46,191 nt of DNA. Origin: a virus. The notes under the pieces are model-generated. The model ran no database searches and was not told the DNA's origin. It saw nothing but the letters and a program-made list of their open reading frames with translations. How positions within the stretch are numbered: position 1 is the stretch's first letter; each line of letters opens with the position of its first letter. The stretch lies in the IMG/VR virus record IMGVR_UViG_3300029905_000012; one strand, written 5' to 3'. The translations under genes were made by a program, and so were the position numbers. Shown piece by piece: positions 22,616 to 32,927 of this stretch.

Positions 22616-24107
22616 ACAGGAAGCACTTGCCCGTCAGCAGGAGCTGGTCAACCTTGCCCGCAGCGAGGGCCGCGGCCTGACTGCGGACGAACAGGCTGAA
22701 TTCGACCGCTGCCAGGCTGTCATCGACGGCGACGGCACCCGCGGCGAGGACGGGGCCGCGCCCAGCCAGGACGCCGCGGCAGAGGCGCAGCGCGCTGTGG
22801 AAAACGAGCGCCGCCGGATGAGCGACATCATCAACCTGTGCCGGCAGACCGGCATGGACCCCGCCGGCTACATCCAGGACGGCTCCAGCGTGGAGGACGT
22901 CCGCAGAGCTGCGGTGGATTTTCTGATCCAGCACCATGGCCCTGTGGGCGCTCGGATGTCTGAAAGCGGCAGCGACGAGGACAATTTCCGCGCCGCCGCC
23001 TCGGACGCCATGCTGCTGCGCAGCGGCATCAGAACCGCCAGCCCCGCCGCCGGCGCCGAGCAGATGCGCGGGCTGTCCCTGCGCGACCTGGCCATCGAGT
23101 GCATGGCGCGCGAGGGCCTGGGCACCACCGCCTCGCTGATGCGGATGTCCAAGGACGACCTGTGGGGGATGGCGCAGCGGCAGTTCTTCAACCCCACCGC
23201 CGCCTTCCCCGCCATCCTGGACAACACCATCCGCAAGGCCATCGTGCAGCGGTATCAGGCCGTGCCCACCACCTTCCAGCTCTGGACCACCAAGGGCAGC
23301 GTCACCGACTTCAAGCCCACCAAGGACCACGAGTACCTGGCGGGCGGCGCCGGCGAGTTTCTGCCTGTCGGTGAGGGCGGCGAACTTAAGCATGACACCC
23401 CCAAGACCGACCTGCTGCCCCAGCGCAAGATCAGCACCTACGGCCGCCAGTTCTCGATGACCCGCGAGGCGTTCATCAACGACGACATCGGCTTCATCAC
23501 CCAGGTGCCCGGCATGTATGCCGCCAGCGCCAAGCGGACCCTCAACAAGCAGGTCTATTCCATCCTGTACTCGAACCCCACCATCTTCGACGACAAGGCC
23601 CTGTTCCACGCGGACCACGGCAACCTCGTGACCTCCGGCGCAGCGCCCTCCATCGAGAATATCCAGGGCATGATCCTGAAGATGATGAGCCAGACCGACC
23701 CCTTCGGCGACAGCATCACCGTGCAGCCCCGCTTCATCGTGGTGCCGGTCGGCTACGGCTTCACCCTGGCGCAGATTCTCCAGACCGCCCAGATCGAGGT
23801 GGACGGCATCGGCAGCCACACCGCCAACGCGCTGTACCAGTACCGCAACCAGCTCCAGGTCATCGAGGACGGCACCCTGAACACCCTGGCCGGCACAGGC
23901 GCCGTGCCCTGGTTCATCATCGCCGACCCGAGCTACGCCCGCTGCATCCAAGTGGACTACCTCAACGGCCAGGAGACCCCGACCATCCGCCGGATGGAGA
24001 CCCCCGGCCAGCTCGGCTATGTGTGGGACATCTGGCTCGACTGGGGCGTCACCGTCGTAGACTACCGCGGCGCGGTGAAGAACCCCGGCGCTAAAATCAC
24101 CCTGTAA
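22603..24107 (+). CDS. Major capsid protein, HK97-like, with N-terminal coiled-coil delta/scaffold region
   Basis: ATG 22603 follows GGAGGT. 501 aa, directly after the protease. The longer track ORF from 22383 is an out-of-context extension. Confidence 0.85.
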
Positions 24108-24119
24108 GGAGGCACTACC

Positions 24120-24452
24120 ATGAGCGCAAAGTACTGGCAGAAAGGCGAAGCCATCGACTATACCGCCGCCGCCAAGATCGCCGCCGGCGACGTCGTGAAC
24201 CTGGCCACTCGCATCGGCGTGGCCGCCGCGGACATCGCTGCCGGCGAGACCGGCGCCGTCCATGTGACCGGCGTCTTTGAGATGCCCAAGGCCACCGGCG
24301 CCGTCACCCTGGGTCAGGCCCTGTACTGGGTCGTGGCCGACGAGAATATTTCCACCGCCGCGGGCACCGAACCCGCCAACATCCCGGCGGGCTGGGCCGT
24401 CGCTGCGGCAGAATCCGCCGATACCACCGTCCTTGTCAAACTGCTGGGTTAA
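24120..24452 (+). CDS. DUF2190-like head decoration/cement protein
   Basis: 110 aa, Ala/Gly-rich with a beta pattern. It directly follows the capsid gene. Confidence 0.65.
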   Translation: MSAKYWQKGEAIDYTAAAKIAAGDVVNLATRIGVAAADIAAGETGAVHVTGVFEMPKATGAVTLGQALYWVVADENISTAAGTEPANIPAGWAVAAAESADTTVLVKLLG

Positions 24453-24454
24453 GG

Positions 24455-24790
24455 ATGGGCGCGCTTTCTTTCAAGGACTGTGTCGCTGCCGACGTCCACA
24501 ACGTCTTTCTCAACCCGATGGAGTTTGCCGACAGGCATACCATCGACGGCCGGGAAATGGACGTGGTGGTGGACGACAACGCCCTGCTGGAGCGGGATGC
24601 AGCCCGCGGCGGCATCTTCCCTGACGGGATGTACCGGGCGCGCAAACTGATCTTTGTGGCCACCGTGGACTACGGCGGCCGCCCCATGCCGGGCAAGCGC
24701 CTGAACCTTGACGGCCGCGACTACTATGTGCAGCAGGCCGACGACGAGGCGGGGATCCTTGCCATTGAGATCGAGGCGGTGAGGACATGA
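24455..24790 (+). CDS. Head-tail connector/adaptor protein (uncertain)
   Basis: Called from position and size in the head-to-tail transition block. Confidence 0.5.
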   Translation: MGALSFKDCVAADVHNVFLNPMEFADRHTIDGREMDVVVDDNALLERDAARGGIFPDGMYRARKLIFVATVDYGGRPMPGKRLNLDGRDYYVQQADDEAGILAIEIEAVRT

Positions 24791-25443
24791 TCCACCTGGA
24801 AGTCGATACCAACGACGAGATCGTCCGCATCGGCCAGCGGCTTGAAAAACTGGCCTTTGAGGCCCCCGACGTGCTGCGGCTGTCGATCAATGCGGCGGCC
24901 CGCAAGGTGCGCAAACAGCTCACCGAGGACGTGGCCGAAGTCTACACCATCGACGACGCCATCCTGCGGGACCGCAGCAAGGGTGCCCCGCGCCTGCAGA
25001 CCGCAAAGCCCGGCACCATCGAGGCGGTGATCCGCTCCCGCGGGCCGGTCAACGACCTGATGGACTTCCTGGTCCAGCCGTCCAGCGCGGGCGCGCGGGC
25101 CAAGGTGCTGCGTTCCGGCGGCATGAAGCCGCTGGAGCGCGGCGGCGCGCCGGCCTTTATCACCCAGTTTTCCAGCGGCCACCGGGCTATCGTGCAGCGG
25201 CAGATCGGGCAGACCTACTCGATGGACGGCGCTCGCCGCCGCATCGAGCGGTACGGCTATCCGCACAAAGGGCAGTGGCCCGACCTGACCCGCATCAAAA
25301 AGCTGCTCGGCCCGGCCGTGCCCAGCATGATGGCGAACGAGCAGGTGCAGGAGAGCGCCCGCGTGCTGATGTACCGCACCCTCGAAGCTGAGATCGACAA
25401 GCGGATCGCAAAGGCGCTCAAGGCGAATGGAGGTGCCAAGTGA
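24787..25443 (+). CDS. Neck / head-closure protein (uncertain)
   Basis: ATGA-coupled. Called from its position between the head and tail modules. Confidence 0.5.
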   Translation: MIHLEVDTNDEIVRIGQRLEKLAFEAPDVLRLSINAAARKVRKQLTEDVAEVYTIDDAILRDRSKGAPRLQTAKPGTIEAVIRSRGPVNDLMDFLVQPSSAGARAKVLRSGGMKPLERGGAPAFITQFSSGHRAIVQRQIGQTYSMDGARRRIERYGYPHKGQWPDLTRIKKLLGPAVPSMMANEQVQESARVLMYRTLEAEIDKRIAKALKANGGAK

Positions 25444-25958
25444 CCATCGACTTTTTGGAGGACGCCATCAAAGAGGACCTGGAACGGCTCTTTGATGGCG
25501 AACTTTTTGCCAGCTCTGCGGGGGACCAGCGGCCGCTGCGCATCATCCTGCAGGACTTGCCTGCGCCCACCGGCTACGATGAGACGACCCGGGCCGGGGA
25601 CATCCCCGAACCCTGCATCCAGGTCTACATCTCCGGCGGCAAGATTGCGGACGTGAACAGCGCCCAGGAGGTCAGCGTCACGCTCCATATCTGCCTGTAC
25701 AATGACGGCCACCCGAAGTCTGGGTCTGACCGCCAGGGCTACCGCGGCGTGATGCACATCATCCAGACGATCTACGGGCGGTACGCCCGCAACCCAGCGG
25801 TGCAGATCAAGCCCGGCACCTCGGGCATCGAGGGAGGCTCCTGGTGGTTCAAGTTCCCGCTGGAGTGGGAGACAGCCCTCGCCCGGCCCTATTACACCGG
25901 AAAAATGACCCTCAAATTCGACGTCCCGGCCTTTAGAACGGAGGACTATTACACATGA
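25440..25958 (+). CDS. Neck / tail-completion protein (uncertain)
   Basis: GTGA-coupled start. Positional call. Confidence 0.5.
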   Translation: MTIDFLEDAIKEDLERLFDGELFASSAGDQRPLRIILQDLPAPTGYDETTRAGDIPEPCIQVYISGGKIADVNSAQEVSVTLHICLYNDGHPKSGSDRQGYRGVMHIIQTIYGRYARNPAVQIKPGTSGIEGGSWWFKFPLEWETALARPYYTGKMTLKFDVPAFRTEDYYT

Positions 25959-26236
25959 ACAAGACCAAACAGGCTGCCGAAGCGTCCGGCGGCACCCTGG
26001 TCTACTGCGGCCCCACCATCCGCGGTGTGGCGCAGCAGTGGACCTGCTACACCAACGGACTTACCCCTGGGCTGGCCGCTCTGGCCGCAGAGGACCGGGC
26101 CGTCGCCGGCCTGGTGCTGCCGCTGGAGCGGCTGCCCGACGCCAGAAAGCAGATCGCGTACAAGTACGGCCGTATCTACACGCTCTATAAGCGCGTACAG
26201 GCCGGCCTGGCCGAGAAGACCAAGCAGGAGGTGTAA
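25955..26236 (+). CDS. Hypothetical protein (93 aa)
   Basis: ATGA-coupled. It lies directly upstream of the sheath gene. Confidence 0.55.
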   Translation: MNKTKQAAEASGGTLVYCGPTIRGVAQQWTCYTNGLTPGLAALAAEDRAVAGLVLPLERLPDARKQIAYKYGRIYTLYKRVQAGLAEKTKQEV

Positions 26237-26238
26237 CC

Positions 26239-27717
26239 ATGCCCTATAATCATGGCGTAAGCGTGACCGAACAGGCAACCAGCCTCACTGTTCCTGTAGA
26301 GAGCGACGCTGCCTTACAGGTCGTTTTTGGGACTGCACCTATCCATATGCTGGACGATCCTGCAGCCGCCGTCAACAAGCCCATTCTGTGCTACTCCTTC
26401 GCTGAGTGCCAGAATAACTTTGGGTACTCGGATGACTTCAAGAACTTCACCCTGTGCCAGAGCATGGACTACTGCTTCCGTGTTTTCAACGTGGCGCCGA
26501 TCATCCTGGTCAATGTGCTGGACCCCAACAAGTCCACCCACACCACCGCCAACGTGGAAGAAGAAGTCACTGTCCAGGCCGACGGCACCCTACGGTACGA
26601 CAAGCCCTATGTGCTGCTGAACACACTCGTGGTGAAGAATGCGGAAACGCCCCTGGTCGCTGGTGAGGATTACCTGGCCAGCCATTCGGACGACGGTTCT
26701 GTCCACATCGTTGTTCTGGACGACACGGCGGCGGAAGCGGCTACCCTCAAGGTGTCCAGCAAGAGTCTCAAGCCGGACGGCGTCACCGTCGCCGACATTG
26801 TGGGCGGTGTGGATGCGCTGACCGGCCAGGAGACCGGCATCGAGTTGATCCGACAGATTTATCCCCGCCTGGGCATGACCGCCGGCATCCTCCTTGCCCC
26901 CGGCTGGAGTCAGCAGCCCGTAGTGGCAGCGGCTCTCCAGGCCAAGACCGAGGGCATCAATGGCGTGTTCCGCGCGGTGACCTATATCGACATCTCCACC
27001 GACGCAGAGGAGAACGGCGCAGCGGTCTACAGCGGCGTCAAAACCGCCAAGGAAAAGCTGGGCGTTACATCTGCTTTTGCGGCGGCATTGTGGCCGATGA
27101 TCGCCATTGGCGACAAACGCTACTATTACTCCGCCGCTTTTGGTGCACTGACCGCCTACACCGACAGCACCCACGAAGATGTGCCCTATGCAAGCCCCTC
27201 CAACAAGGCGCTGCGCTGCACTGGCACTGTATTGCACGACGGCACCGAGGTGCTGCTGGACCAGCAGCAGGCCAACGATACCCTGAATGCCAATGGCATC
27301 GTCACTGCCATCAATGTCAACGGCTGGCGGTCCTGGGGCAACAATACCGCCGCCTATCCGTCTACCACCGACCCGAAGGACCGGTGGCTTGCGGTGCGGC
27401 GTTTCTTCAACTGGGACGCGAACAACTTCATCCTGACCTATTTCCAGAAGGTCGATGAACCCGGTAACCGCCGGCTGATCCAGTCGGTCATCGACAGCCA
27501 GAACATCAAGGGCAACGGTTATGTGGCGCGGGACTACTGCGCGGGCTACAAGACCGAGTTCCGCGCTGATGAGAACCCCACCACCAGCCTGCTGGACGGT
27601 CATTTGACCACCCACACGTTCCTTGCACCCTATATTCCTGCAGAGTTCATCGAGAACATCAACGAGTACGACGTCTCCGCGCTGGAGACCGCCCTGACCG
27701 GAGGTGAAGCCGCATGA
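26239..27717 (+). CDS. Contractile tail sheath protein
   Basis: 492 aa. The N-terminus MPYNHGVSVTEQATSL..VVFGTAP is typical of sheath proteins, and the tube gene follows. Confidence 0.9.
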   Translation: MPYNHGVSVTEQATSLTVPVESDAALQVVFGTAPIHMLDDPAAAVNKPILCYSFAECQNNFGYSDDFKNFTLCQSMDYCFRVFNVAPIILVNVLDPNKSTHTTANVEEEVTVQADGTLRYDKPYVLLNTLVVKNAETPLVAGEDYLASHSDDGSVHIVVLDDTAAEAATLKVSSKSLKPDGVTVADIVGGVDALTGQETGIELIRQIYPRLGMTAGILLAPGWSQQPVVAAALQAKTEGINGVFRAVTYIDISTDAEENGAAVYSGVKTAKEKLGVTSAFAAALWPMIAIGDKRYYYSAAFGALTAYTDSTHEDVPYASPSNKALRCTGTVLHDGTEVLLDQQQANDTLNANGIVTAINVNGWRSWGNNTAAYPSTTDPKDRWLAVRRFFNWDANNFILTYFQKVDEPGNRRLIQSVIDSQNIKGNGYVARDYCAGYKTEFRADENPTTSLLDGHLTTHTFLAPYIPAEFIENINEYDVSALETALTGGEAA

Positions 27718-28238
27718 GTCAGAGACCCATCCCCAGCAAGATCAACAACTACAACGTCTACAACGACAATCAGGGCGGCCGGCTGATCGGCGTAGGCGCA
27801 GAGACTACTCTGCCGCCCTTTGAGTCGATGGCCGAGACCGTCAGCGGCGCGGGCATCCTGGGCGAGTTCGACGACCCCGCCGTGGGGCACTTCTCCAATA
27901 TGCAGTTGGAGATTCCGTTCCGGCTGCTGGACGGTGAGTCCATCGACCTGATGGACCCCAACGGCGTGGCACTGACCCTGCGGGTTTCCCAGCAGGTGAT
28001 GAACGACCAGATGGCCACGAATTTCCGCAGTATGCGGGTCGTGGTCCGCGGCAAGTGCGCCACCCTCGACCCCGGCACCCTGAACCCCGCCAACCCCATG
28101 AACGCGTCGGTGGCCGTCAATATCGCGTACATCAAGATCGAGGTCGACGACGAAGAGCTGGTCGAGCTGAACAAATTCAACCCGCGTTTTGCCATCCGCG
28201 GCGTTGATAAACTGCAGAAAGTGAGGGAGCAGACCTGA
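27714..28238 (+). CDS. Tail tube protein (P2 FII-like)
   Basis: 174 aa. INNYNVY.., ..SGAGILGEFD.P..GHF and QLEIPFR fit the tube family. Confidence 0.85.
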   Translation: MSQRPIPSKINNYNVYNDNQGGRLIGVGAETTLPPFESMAETVSGAGILGEFDDPAVGHFSNMQLEIPFRLLDGESIDLMDPNGVALTLRVSQQVMNDQMATNFRSMRVVVRGKCATLDPGTLNPANPMNASVAVNIAYIKIEVDDEELVELNKFNPRFAIRGVDKLQKVREQT

Positions 28239-28585
28239 TGAGTGAGAAAAACGAAAACGCAATCGTCCTGCCTGCGGCAGAGAAAAACGAGCTGATCCTT
28301 CGCTTTGCGAAGTCCTATCGTTTTGAGGGTGCAGAGTATAGTGAAGTCGATCTGACCGGGCTGGAAAACATGAGCGCGGGGGACTTGTGCGCTGTTGGCA
28401 AGCTGGTCTCCCGCTCTCTGGGCGCGACCCCCGTGCCCGAGCTGACGGTGGACTACGCCGTCTATATGGCCGCCCGGGCGTCCGGCAAGCCGGTGGAGTT
28501 CTTCCAGCGGCTGCCGGCGAAGGAGGCCATCAAGCTGAAAAATCTGGTCACTTCTTTTCTGTACGGCGGGGATGGAGAGGAATAA
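28238..28585 (+). CDS. Tail assembly chaperone (gpG/P2 gpE-like)
   Basis: 115 aa, between the tube and tape-measure genes. Confidence 0.75.
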   Translation: MSEKNENAIVLPAAEKNELILRFAKSYRFEGAEYSEVDLTGLENMSAGDLCAVGKLVSRSLGATPVPELTVDYAVYMAARASGKPVEFFQRLPAKEAIKLKNLVTSFLYGGDGEE

Positions 28586-28752
28586 CCCCGCCTGAGATCA
28601 AAAAAGGGTGCATCGCACTCTCTCTCCAACTGCACAGCGGCGTGGACTACTTTTTGTCCCTGCCGCTGGACGAGCTGAACGATATGGCCAGGGTGGTGAT
28701 TGAGTATGCCAAAAAGCAAGGTCATGGAACTGGCCATCAAAATCGCTGGTAA
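28238..28752 (+). CDS. Tail assembly chaperone, -1 frameshift-extended form (G-T / E+E'-like)
   Basis: The -1 frame is open from before the chaperone stop to 28752. It encodes ..ITPPEIKKGCIALSLQLHSGVDYFLSLPLDELNDMARVVIEYAKKQ with no start codon of its own. No slippery site was confidently identified. Confidence 0.5.
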
Positions 28753-30988
28753 GGTCGACAAGTCGCTCGGAAAGAGCGTCAAGACCTCATCCAAGCAGCT
28801 TAACTCCATCGTTAAGGTGGCCAACCGGGTCTCTACCGGTGTGGCGGCCGGAATGGCTGCGATGGGCACCGGCGCGCTGGCGGCGGGCAAGTACATGACA
28901 GGCCTTGCCAACGAATGGCAGCAGGCGACCACCCAGGTGGCCAACGCCACCGGGGCTGCCGGCCGGGAGCTCGAAACGCTGCGCGGCGTCATGGAGGATG
29001 TTTACGCATCCGGCTTTGGCGAGGATGTGGCGGCTATCGGCGATGCTGTCGCCATCGTGGACCGCAATATGAAGAGTCTGAGCAAGGGAGGACTGGCTTC
29101 TGCTACCAAGGGTGCCCTGGCTCTGCAGCAGGCTTTTGGCTATGACGTGGCGGAAAGCACCCGCGCGGCCGAAGCCATCCGCAAGAACTTCAATGTCTCG
29201 GTCGAAGATGCCTTTAACCTGATTTCCACCGGTGCGCAGAACGGACTTGACTTTTCGGGCGAACTGATCGACTCCATCAACGAGTACTCGGTCCAGTTTG
29301 CCAAACTCGGCTTCTCGGCCGATCAGATGTTCCAGGTCTATCAGGCCGGCGCAGACGGCACGGCCTGGAATCTGGACAAGGTCGGCGACGCCGTGAAGGA
29401 GTTCTCCATCCGCGCCATCGACGGCAGCGACACCACCATCGCGGCATACCAGGCTCTCGGGCTGAACGCCGACCAGATGATGGACAGGTTCGCTGCGGGC
29501 GGAGAAGGCGCGAATAAAGCCTTCTTCGACGTCATTGACCGCCTGCTCGACCTGGACGACAAGGTCCAGCGCGATGCTGTGGGCGTCAAGCTGTTTGGCA
29601 CCATGTGGGAGGACCTGGGCGTGGATGCTCTGCAGGCCATGGCCGAGGCCTCCGACGCCGCCTATGCCGCCGGCGATGCCATCGAGCAGATCAACCAGGC
29701 AAGCCTGAGCGGCCTTGACAGCACAGTGCGGCAGATTGGGCGGCAGTTTGAGGTCGCCATGCTGCCCGCTGCAGAGCGGGTCTACAGTACCCTCACCGAT
29801 CGTGCACCAGAAATCGCGGATGCCATCAGCAGCCTGTCCCCCGTGGTCGAGGAGATCGCGGGGGATTTTGCCGATATGGCGACCGACGCCATCACCGACG
29901 GCCTGCCCGAACTGGTGGATGGTATCCGCGATTTTGCATCCTGGGCCGGGACAGCCTACGACAAGGCGAAACCCTTCTTGGACTTCCTGTGGGAGCACAA
30001 GGGCACTGTCATGGCCTTTGCTGTCGGCCTGCGGGCGGTTGGCCCGGCGGTCAACACGGTCACCAAGGCCATGAATACCGTTTCCGCCGTCAAGGACTGG
30101 GTGAGCAGCATCAAGACGGGCCTTGCACTGTTCCAGGCATCCGGCGGCTTGGCTAAAGCCGTGGGCGTATTCAAGGCACTGGGTTCTGCCATGATGGGGC
30201 CTCTGGGCATCCTTCTGGCTATTGGCGCGGGGCTTGTCCTGCTCTACCAAAACTGGGACAAGGTCAATGCGGCGGTCACGAGCTTCATTGTTTCGATCAG
30301 TGAAAAGTTCCCGACAGCGGCCGCTGCCCTGCAAGCCTTCTGGAGCGGCATCCAGGCCGCAGCAGGCAACGCCAAAGCAATCATCCAAAACCTGTGCGAT
30401 TTTGTGAACAACGTCTTTGCCGGCAACTGGGAAGCCGCCTGGCAGAACATCGTAAACATTTTCGGCAACCTGTTTGGGATGCTTGGAAACATCGTAGCAG
30501 CCCCTATCAATGCTGTGATTGCTCTCATCAACAAGGCCATTGAGGGAGTCAATTCCATCTCGGTGACCATCCCGGACTGGGTGCCGGTCGTGGGCGGGTC
30601 CACTCTCGGTTTTGACATTCCAACCATTCCGTCGGTCCCGCAGCTGGCAGACGGCGGCGTGGCTACTGGGCCGACCCTGGCCGAGATCGGCGAGGGCGGC
30701 GAGCCTGAGGCGGTCCTGCCGCTGTCCAAACTGGCTGCCATGCTGGACGGCCGCGGCGGAAAGCCTTCTCCTGCCGGGACGCCCCCCGGCGGAAAGCCTT
30801 CTCCTGCCGGGACGCCCCCCGGCGGCGACACCATTGTGTGGTCGCCGGTCTTCAATTTCTATGGCTCGACCCCGACTCGACAGGAAGCTGAAGAAGTAGG
30901 CCGTATCAGTTTCGCGGAGTTCAAGCGGCTCTACAACCAGATGAAAGCAGAAGAACGGCGCAAGAATTTCCGCATCGGCGTGACTTGA
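28706..30988 (+). CDS. Tail tape measure protein
   Basis: About 760 aa. It is helical and Ala/Gly-rich with C-terminal hydrophobic segments, in the canonical position. Confidence 0.9.
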   Translation: MPKSKVMELAIKIAGKVDKSLGKSVKTSSKQLNSIVKVANRVSTGVAAGMAAMGTGALAAGKYMTGLANEWQQATTQVANATGAAGRELETLRGVMEDVYASGFGEDVAAIGDAVAIVDRNMKSLSKGGLASATKGALALQQAFGYDVAESTRAAEAIRKNFNVSVEDAFNLISTGAQNGLDFSGELIDSINEYSVQFAKLGFSADQMFQVYQAGADGTAWNLDKVGDAVKEFSIRAIDGSDTTIAAYQALGLNADQMMDRFAAGGEGANKAFFDVIDRLLDLDDKVQRDAVGVKLFGTMWEDLGVDALQAMAEASDAAYAAGDAIEQINQASLSGLDSTVRQIGRQFEVAMLPAAERVYSTLTDRAPEIADAISSLSPVVEEIAGDFADMATDAITDGLPELVDGIRDFASWAGTAYDKAKPFLDFLWEHKGTVMAFAVGLRAVGPAVNTVTKAMNTVSAVKDWVSSIKTGLALFQASGGLAKAVGVFKALGSAMMGPLGILLAIGAGLVLLYQNWDKVNAAVTSFIVSISEKFPTAAAALQAFWSGIQAAAGNAKAIIQNLCDFVNNVFAGNWEAAWQNIVNIFGNLFGMLGNIVAAPINAVIALINKAIEGVNSISVTIPDWVPVVGGSTLGFDIPTIPSVPQLADGGVATGPTLAEIGEGGEPEAVLPLSKLAAMLDGRGGKPSPAGTPPGGKPSPAGTPPGGDTIVWSPVFNFYGSTPTRQEAEEVGRISFAEFKRLYNQMKAEERRKNFRIGVT
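30755..30820. repeat. Perfect 33-bp tandem duplication inside the tape measure gene
   Basis: ggcggaaagccttctcctgccgggacgcccccc occurs twice in tandem, encoding GGKPSPAGTPP twice. Confidence 0.9.
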
Positions 30989-30998
30989 GGAGGCATCT

Positions 30999-31211
30999 AT
31001 GGCAAGCACTTACACAACACAGCAGGGCGATGCCTGGGACCTTATCGCATACCGCGTCTATGGCGACGTCAAGTATACCGGCTGGCTGATGCAGCACAAC
31101 TTCCCGCTGCTCGACACCTTTGCGTTTGGCTACGGGACCGTCCTTCAGACGCCGCCTTTGCCGACCCCTGACCCGACTGTCAACTTGCCCGCCTGGAGGA
31201 TCACTGCATGA
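30999..31211 (+). CDS. LysM-like tail protein (P2 gpX / XkdP-like)
   Basis: 70 aa. YTTQQGDAWDLIAYRVYGD is the typical gpX/LysM start. Confidence 0.75.
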   Translation: MASTYTTQQGDAWDLIAYRVYGDVKYTGWLMQHNFPLLDTFAFGYGTVLQTPPLPTPDPTVNLPAWRITA

Positions 31212-32206
31212 GGACGCGCAAAGCGAAAGCCGAGCTGACCTGGAACGGCGCCGCCATCACCACCGACATGGAGGGGTACAAAGGCACTGTGACCTATACC
31301 GACCCTGCGGAGGGCGAATCTGACAGCATCGACGTCGAGATCAACGACCGGGACGGCCACTGGGCGGATGATTGGCTGCCGCAGCCCGGCGATACCATGA
31401 CCGCAAAGATCAAAGTGCAGGATTGGGACGGGGAAGGGGATGACCGGGAGCTGGACTGCGGGGCGTTTGTCCTCGATGATTTCAGCTTTTCCGGCTGGCC
31501 CCGGACCGGGACCATTTCGGCAGTGTCGGTCCCGGCCGACCGGTCCTTCCGGGCCAGCTTGCGGAACAAGGTGTGGGAAAAAGCTACCCTGCAGGCCATC
31601 GGCAGCGAGATTGCATCCCGCGCCGGCATTTCTCTGTCCTGGGAGGTGAGCGGATCGCCGCCGACCATCCAAACGGTGGAGCAGATCGAGCAGACAGACT
31701 GCGAGTTCTTCACCTCCCTCTGTCAGGACTACGGCCTGTTTGTCAAGGTCTACTCCAACAAACTCGTGGTATTTGACCGGGAGGATTATAAGGCCAAAGG
31801 CGCAGTGGCTACCATCCGGCCATCGGATATACAGTCCTGGTCCTGGCGGCAAACCCTGGATGGGACTTACACGGGCGGAGAGTACACCTACACTGACCCG
31901 ACCACCGAAGAGGAAATCAAGGTCACGGCCGGCGATATGACCCGCCCGCTCAAGCTCAATGGGAAAGCAGACGACCAGGCAGACGCCCAGCGCAAGCTCA
32001 ACGCCGCCATTGCCAACGCCAACCATGGAGCGATCACGATGACTGTTACCATCACCGGCCGGCCCGACCTGGTGTCTACTCAGTGCATCGAAATCGCTGA
32101 TATGGGCGGCCCCATCTCCGGCAAGTATTTTTTGGACAAGGTCACCAGCCGTGTAGGCAGCGGCTACACAGTCGACCTTGAAATGTCAAAGGTGGTGAGT
32201 GGATGA
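31208..32206 (+). CDS. Baseplate hub protein, late-control gpD-like
   Basis: 332 aa, with the expected position and size. The N-terminus has the gpD-like pattern (..W.G..IT.D...Y....TY.D...GESD.I...). Confidence 0.75.
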   Translation: MRTRKAKAELTWNGAAITTDMEGYKGTVTYTDPAEGESDSIDVEINDRDGHWADDWLPQPGDTMTAKIKVQDWDGEGDDRELDCGAFVLDDFSFSGWPRTGTISAVSVPADRSFRASLRNKVWEKATLQAIGSEIASRAGISLSWEVSGSPPTIQTVEQIEQTDCEFFTSLCQDYGLFVKVYSNKLVVFDREDYKAKGAVATIRPSDIQSWSWRQTLDGTYTGGEYTYTDPTTEEEIKVTAGDMTRPLKLNGKADDQADAQRKLNAAIANANHGAITMTVTITGRPDLVSTQCIEIADMGGPISGKYFLDKVTSRVGSGYTVDLEMSKVVSG

Positions 32207-32913
32207 CCAGACATGAGGTCCGGGTGGGCAAAGTCTCGGCCATCGACTATGAGCGCGGTATGATCCAGGTGGTCTACCACGACAAGGACGACGAGGTCAC
32301 CCGGTATATCCCATTGTTGTCCCACGAGTACATGATGCCTCCTGTGGGCGCGCTTGTCGCAGTGGCACACCTGACCAACGGCAGCGAGGCTGGCGTGGTA
32401 TTCTGGCGGCCGTGGAGCGATAAAAACGTGCCCCCGGAGGGTTACGAAGGCTTGTACCGCAAGGATTTCGATTTGGAGCCGTGGAAGTGCTACATCCGCT
32501 ACGATGCCAATATCCCGGAAAGCCTCTACCATACCGAAGGCGACGATTATGTGGAGATCGTTGGCAAACAGGAAACGCTCGTTAAAAAGGACCGCAAAGA
32601 TACGACCGAGGGCAATAACGAAGAGCAGGTAACCGGAAACAGGACTGTCACCATTCAGGGTAACGCCGACGTCACAGTCAAAGGCAAGCTGACCCTCAAG
32701 GTGGGCAGCTGCACCGTGACCATCGACGGCGGGACAGTTACGGTAGATGCCGCAAGCAAGCTGACTATGACCGCACCGAATATCACAATCGATGGGAATA
32801 CGGTCAACATCACCGGTGCATCCGGTGACTGCGTCATCAGCGGCGTGAGCCTGGTCCATCACGTGCATACCTGCCCGGCTGCGGGCGCGCCTACATCGCC
32901 GCCGCTTGGATAG
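32203..32913 (+). CDS. Baseplate central spike protein (gpV-like)
   Basis: The N-terminal OB-like region is VRVGKVSAIDYERGMIQVVYHD. The beta-helical repeats are (VTIQGNADVTVKGKLTLKVGSCTVTIDGGTVTVDA). The apex motif is LVHHVHTCP. Confidence 0.7.
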   Translation: MTRHEVRVGKVSAIDYERGMIQVVYHDKDDEVTRYIPLLSHEYMMPPVGALVAVAHLTNGSEAGVVFWRPWSDKNVPPEGYEGLYRKDFDLEPWKCYIRYDANIPESLYHTEGDDYVEIVGKQETLVKKDRKDTTEGNNEEQVTGNRTVTIQGNADVTVKGKLTLKVGSCTVTIDGGTVTVDAASKLTMTAPNITIDGNTVNITGASGDCVISGVSLVHHVHTCPAAGAPTSPPLG

Positions 32914-32927
32914 GAGGTGTATGAGCC

